Assembly: GCA_028534125.1 (NCBI GenBank)
Contig: CM052816.1
Coordinates: 20,214,001 to 20,278,000, forward strand
Source: Lama glama
Lineage: Eukaryota
Reading direction: 5' to 3'
DNA length: 64,000 nucleotides
The notes beneath the pieces were generated by a model, which saw only the letters and a list, made by a program, of their open reading frames with translations, had not been told where the DNA came from and did no database searches. Below, one piece after another: positions 61,436 through 64,000 of the stretch (its first letter is position 1; each line of letters begins with the position of its first letter). The position numbers and the translations under genes are program-made.

Positions 61436-61624
61436 ATGCTAGTTCAGTTCTGTGGGTTCCAAATAGGGACATGTGTGACTTCTTTAGGTGAAGGCTCTTA
61501 TCCAAAATTCTAGATGAAGTTGTATCCTAAGTTCCTTTCTGTTTTGTTTGTTGGATCCAAAAAGGTCTGTTTTTAGTTGTCTGAAATTATATCTAGTCTT
61601 GGAATGTCTGAACTTAAAGAGCAC

Positions 61625-61722
61625 ATAGAGGACATTTATTCCATCTCCCAGTTTTACAGATGGGAAAACTGTAACCCAGAGAAGACAAGGGACATGAAGG
61701 ACATGCCCAAAGCCACATGGCA
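61625..61722 (-). mobile_element. MIR fragment
   Basis: cagttttacagatgggaaaactgtaacccagaga..tgcccaaagccacatggc. Confidence 0.7.
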
Positions 61723-62184
61723 TATCTCTCTGTATCTGTCTACTTGCCTCTTTTTTCTCAGTCATGTATTATTAAAATGTGGCATTTGGAATGGCTCAGT
61801 CTATCTGGAAACTTCTGCTATTCCTTTCCTGTTACCTGGGCTAAGGATGGAAATATTGGGTATGAGTCTGAGATTCCCAAACTGTCAATCTCACTATATG
61901 GGGCAGATTAGAAGAAAGTCTAGTCTGAATGTGAATATCTTTGAAAAGGAAATAACTCTAAAAATCCACTGTGATTCTAAATAGATTTAGGAGAAGTCAA
62001 GTTTCAGCGTGTTCAGGATTTGCTTTAATGAACAGATTAAAGTCGTTTATGCATAATTTATGATTTTAATGAAAATGGGTACTACAAAAGATGTTTAAAG
62101 TGTGTTGAAAATCATTTCTTAATAAAACTTTTATATTAGGATTTTATCTATTTTATTAATTCACTTAAAAAATCTTTCATAGAT

Positions 62185-62945
62185 TGTTTCAGACAGGATA
62201 GGCTAAATTTGCTGTAGTAACAAATAATCCCCCAAATCCCAGTGATGTAAGCAACAAGAGTGTATTTTTTGTTCACTCTTTGTGTCCAGTGGGAACTGAC
62301 TGGGGGCTCTGCTCATTAGAGGCACTTATGAACCCAGGCTGATGGAGGCTCTGTCTCCACACATGCTTCTGTGGTCATTGTTTGGTGGGAGAAGCAGGTA
62401 TAACAAATCACCCAATGATTCTTTTTTGGCAGAGGTTGGCAAACAGGTCAGATTTGGCAAAGCCTTTGGGCCAAATCTGAGCTGTCACCTGTTTTTGTAC
62501 ATTCTGAAGTTAGGAATTTTTTTTTAATATTTTCAAATGGTTAAAAAAATCAAAAGAAGAACAACGTTTTTTGAGACACACAAAAATTGTAAGAACATCA
62601 AATTTCAGTGTCCATAAGTAAAGTTTAATGAGAACATAGCCACACCCATTTGATTACATATCATCTGTGGCTGCTTTCATATTATAATGACAGAGGTGAG
62701 TAGTTGTGACCCTGACCTTGTGGCTCACAGAGCCTAAAATATATACTATCTGGCCTTTCAGGGGAAAAGCTGGCTGATGTCTGTTTTAAAGCACCTGCCT
62801 GGAACTGATAATGATGCTCACTCATGCTGACGTTTCACTGGCCAAAACAAGTCCCTTGGCCTTGGCTAACTTTAGAAGAGATGGAGAAATGCATGTAAGA
62901 AGGGGAACTGGAACTATTTGGTGAATGGCACTGATGACAAACCCA
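62185..62945 (-). mobile_element. Old MaLR LTR (MLT1I/J-like) interrupted by MER58B
   Basis: caggataggctaaatttgctgtagtaacaaataatccccc..acccaggctgatggagg; resumes 62784 with tttcactggccaaaacaagtc..tatttggtgaatggcactgatgac. Confidence 0.8.
62430..62783 (+). mobile_element. MER58B hAT-Charlie DNA transposon
   Basis: cagaggttggcaaac..gggccaaatctg..cctgtttttgtac..aaatttcagtgtccataa..gagcctaaaatatatactatctggccttt. Confidence 0.9.
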
Positions 62946-62989
62946 TAGACAGAGGGAAAGTGAACTTCTCCCTAGTGTCTGGCTGAGGT

Positions 62990-63460
62990 CTCACCAATTC
63001 TTAATGAATTGAATCCGAACTCCAGTTAATTTATTTTAAATGCCTGTCAAAAGTCTGAAGTGCCTATGTTCGTGCGGAATAGCCCTGCCTTAGAATGGCT
63101 GCAATCGATCTGTGATTAGTCTCATAACTTCAATTTACTACTTGATAGCAACAGCTAGAGAAATTTATAACCAACCCAATGAGCAATTTTAAGAAAAAAA
63201 CAATCAATTCCAGTTCTCCAGAGTACAAGGGGACCTTTAATACTGTAAATTGTCTGAGCTCAGCTAGAAAGAGAAAAAGAAAAGTGTTTATTTTCTTATT
63301 TGCAGCCTCCTTTAGAGTAAGCGTTTTGACCCTTATCTTGTGCAGGAGGGGAACTAGCGAGGCTGGCTCTGCTCCCTGAGACAGTCATAAGCCCCTCCAC
63401 CCGCTTCAGACAAGTTACCCCCATTAAATCCATGGATGCTAAGTAAACCATTAAGAAAAG
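62990..63460. promoter_or_regulatory. Candidate conserved non-coding element
   Basis: Unique AT-rich block; CTGTCA at 63044, AATCGAT at 63103, AATCAAT at 63202, several TAAT cores. Confidence 0.45.
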
Positions 63461-64000
63461 AAGAAATGTGAATAATTTCCAAATGTTATCTTAGGGCTGC
63501 TGGATTTAGACGCCCCTCACGAGACATAGACACACGCTCAGCTTTCCTTCGTGAGCTCCGGGTCACTGACACCAGTGTATGGACACCACCAATGAGCTTC
63601 GGGCAGGCCCTGCCCAGACCACTGTCAGTCCTGTGGACACACAGGCTCGAGAGAGCAAGCTTGGGCATCCCAACCAGCAGTTCCAGAGCAACTGAGCCCA
63701 CAGAGTCGGCCTTGCTTATTCTGGCTACCTGAGCTGTTTCCTCCCTGACTTCCCTTTTACAAGTTACACTCCCTTTCTTTTAAAAATCCGAAAGCTCTTG
63801 TGCTTTTGCTAACCACAGTTATTCATAATGAATCATCCCCAGAGGGCACGTCTTCATGAAGTCTTGCCTACTTCCTTATGGTTCTGGCAACTGAGTAATC
63901 AGAGGATATGAGAGCTCTTGTTCTCTGCCATAAAATACGTTTATAGAGATATAATTAGCAATAGTATTATCTTCATTTGGACTTAGCCATGCTAAATGTC

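Noticed and set aside
63306..63316. Possible 11-nt microexon (tttgcAG..GTAAGC)
   Set aside because: Not frame-preserving, weak exonic donor context, no host gene evident
63494..63732. Open frame after ttatcttAG (AAGFRRPSRDIDTRSAFLRELRV...)
   Set aside because: Weak acceptor, unrecognised peptide, and the opposite strand is equally open
1..64000. CRISPR arrays, operons, tRNA/rRNA/snRNA genes, processed pseudogenes, strong CTCF sites
   Set aside because: None seen; DNA is mammalian, tRNA-like boxes belong to MIR heads, and CTCF-like words (about 15548, 31964) miss core positions

Overview
This window is eutherian mammal genomic DNA, not prokaryotic or viral, and it appears entirely non-coding. 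I recognise no protein-coding exon, RNA gene, CRISPR array or CpG island; the listed ORFs look like chance ORFs in GC-rich or repeat-derived sequence. By eye about a third of the window is old interspersed repeat: MIR, L2, L1M/HAL1, about 16 MaLR (MLT1) solo LTRs, LTR33, ERV1/ERVL-type LTRs, and the hAT elements MER5A, MER33, MER58B and MER81. A cetartiodactyl-type L1 3' end and ERV1 LTR are present, while I saw no Alu, B1/B2, Can-SINE, Bov-tA/BovB, PRE-1 or CHR SINEs, which points to a cetartiodactyl, most plausibly a camelid (inference). Between the repeats lie more than ten repeat-free AT-rich blocks dense in homeodomain, POU, SOX, FOX and ONECUT-type motifs. These resemble conserved non-coding enhancers around a developmental gene. 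The best-supported structural curiosities are a four-layer nested transposon stack (29.9-32.0 kb) containing an intact solo LTR with a perfect TSD, a near-perfect 34-bp palindrome with back-to-back AATAAA (48.1 kb), and short inverted repeats inside old transposons. I found no convincing novel biological system. Repeat subfamily names come from remembered consensus sequences, and boundaries are approximate unless TSDs are quoted.
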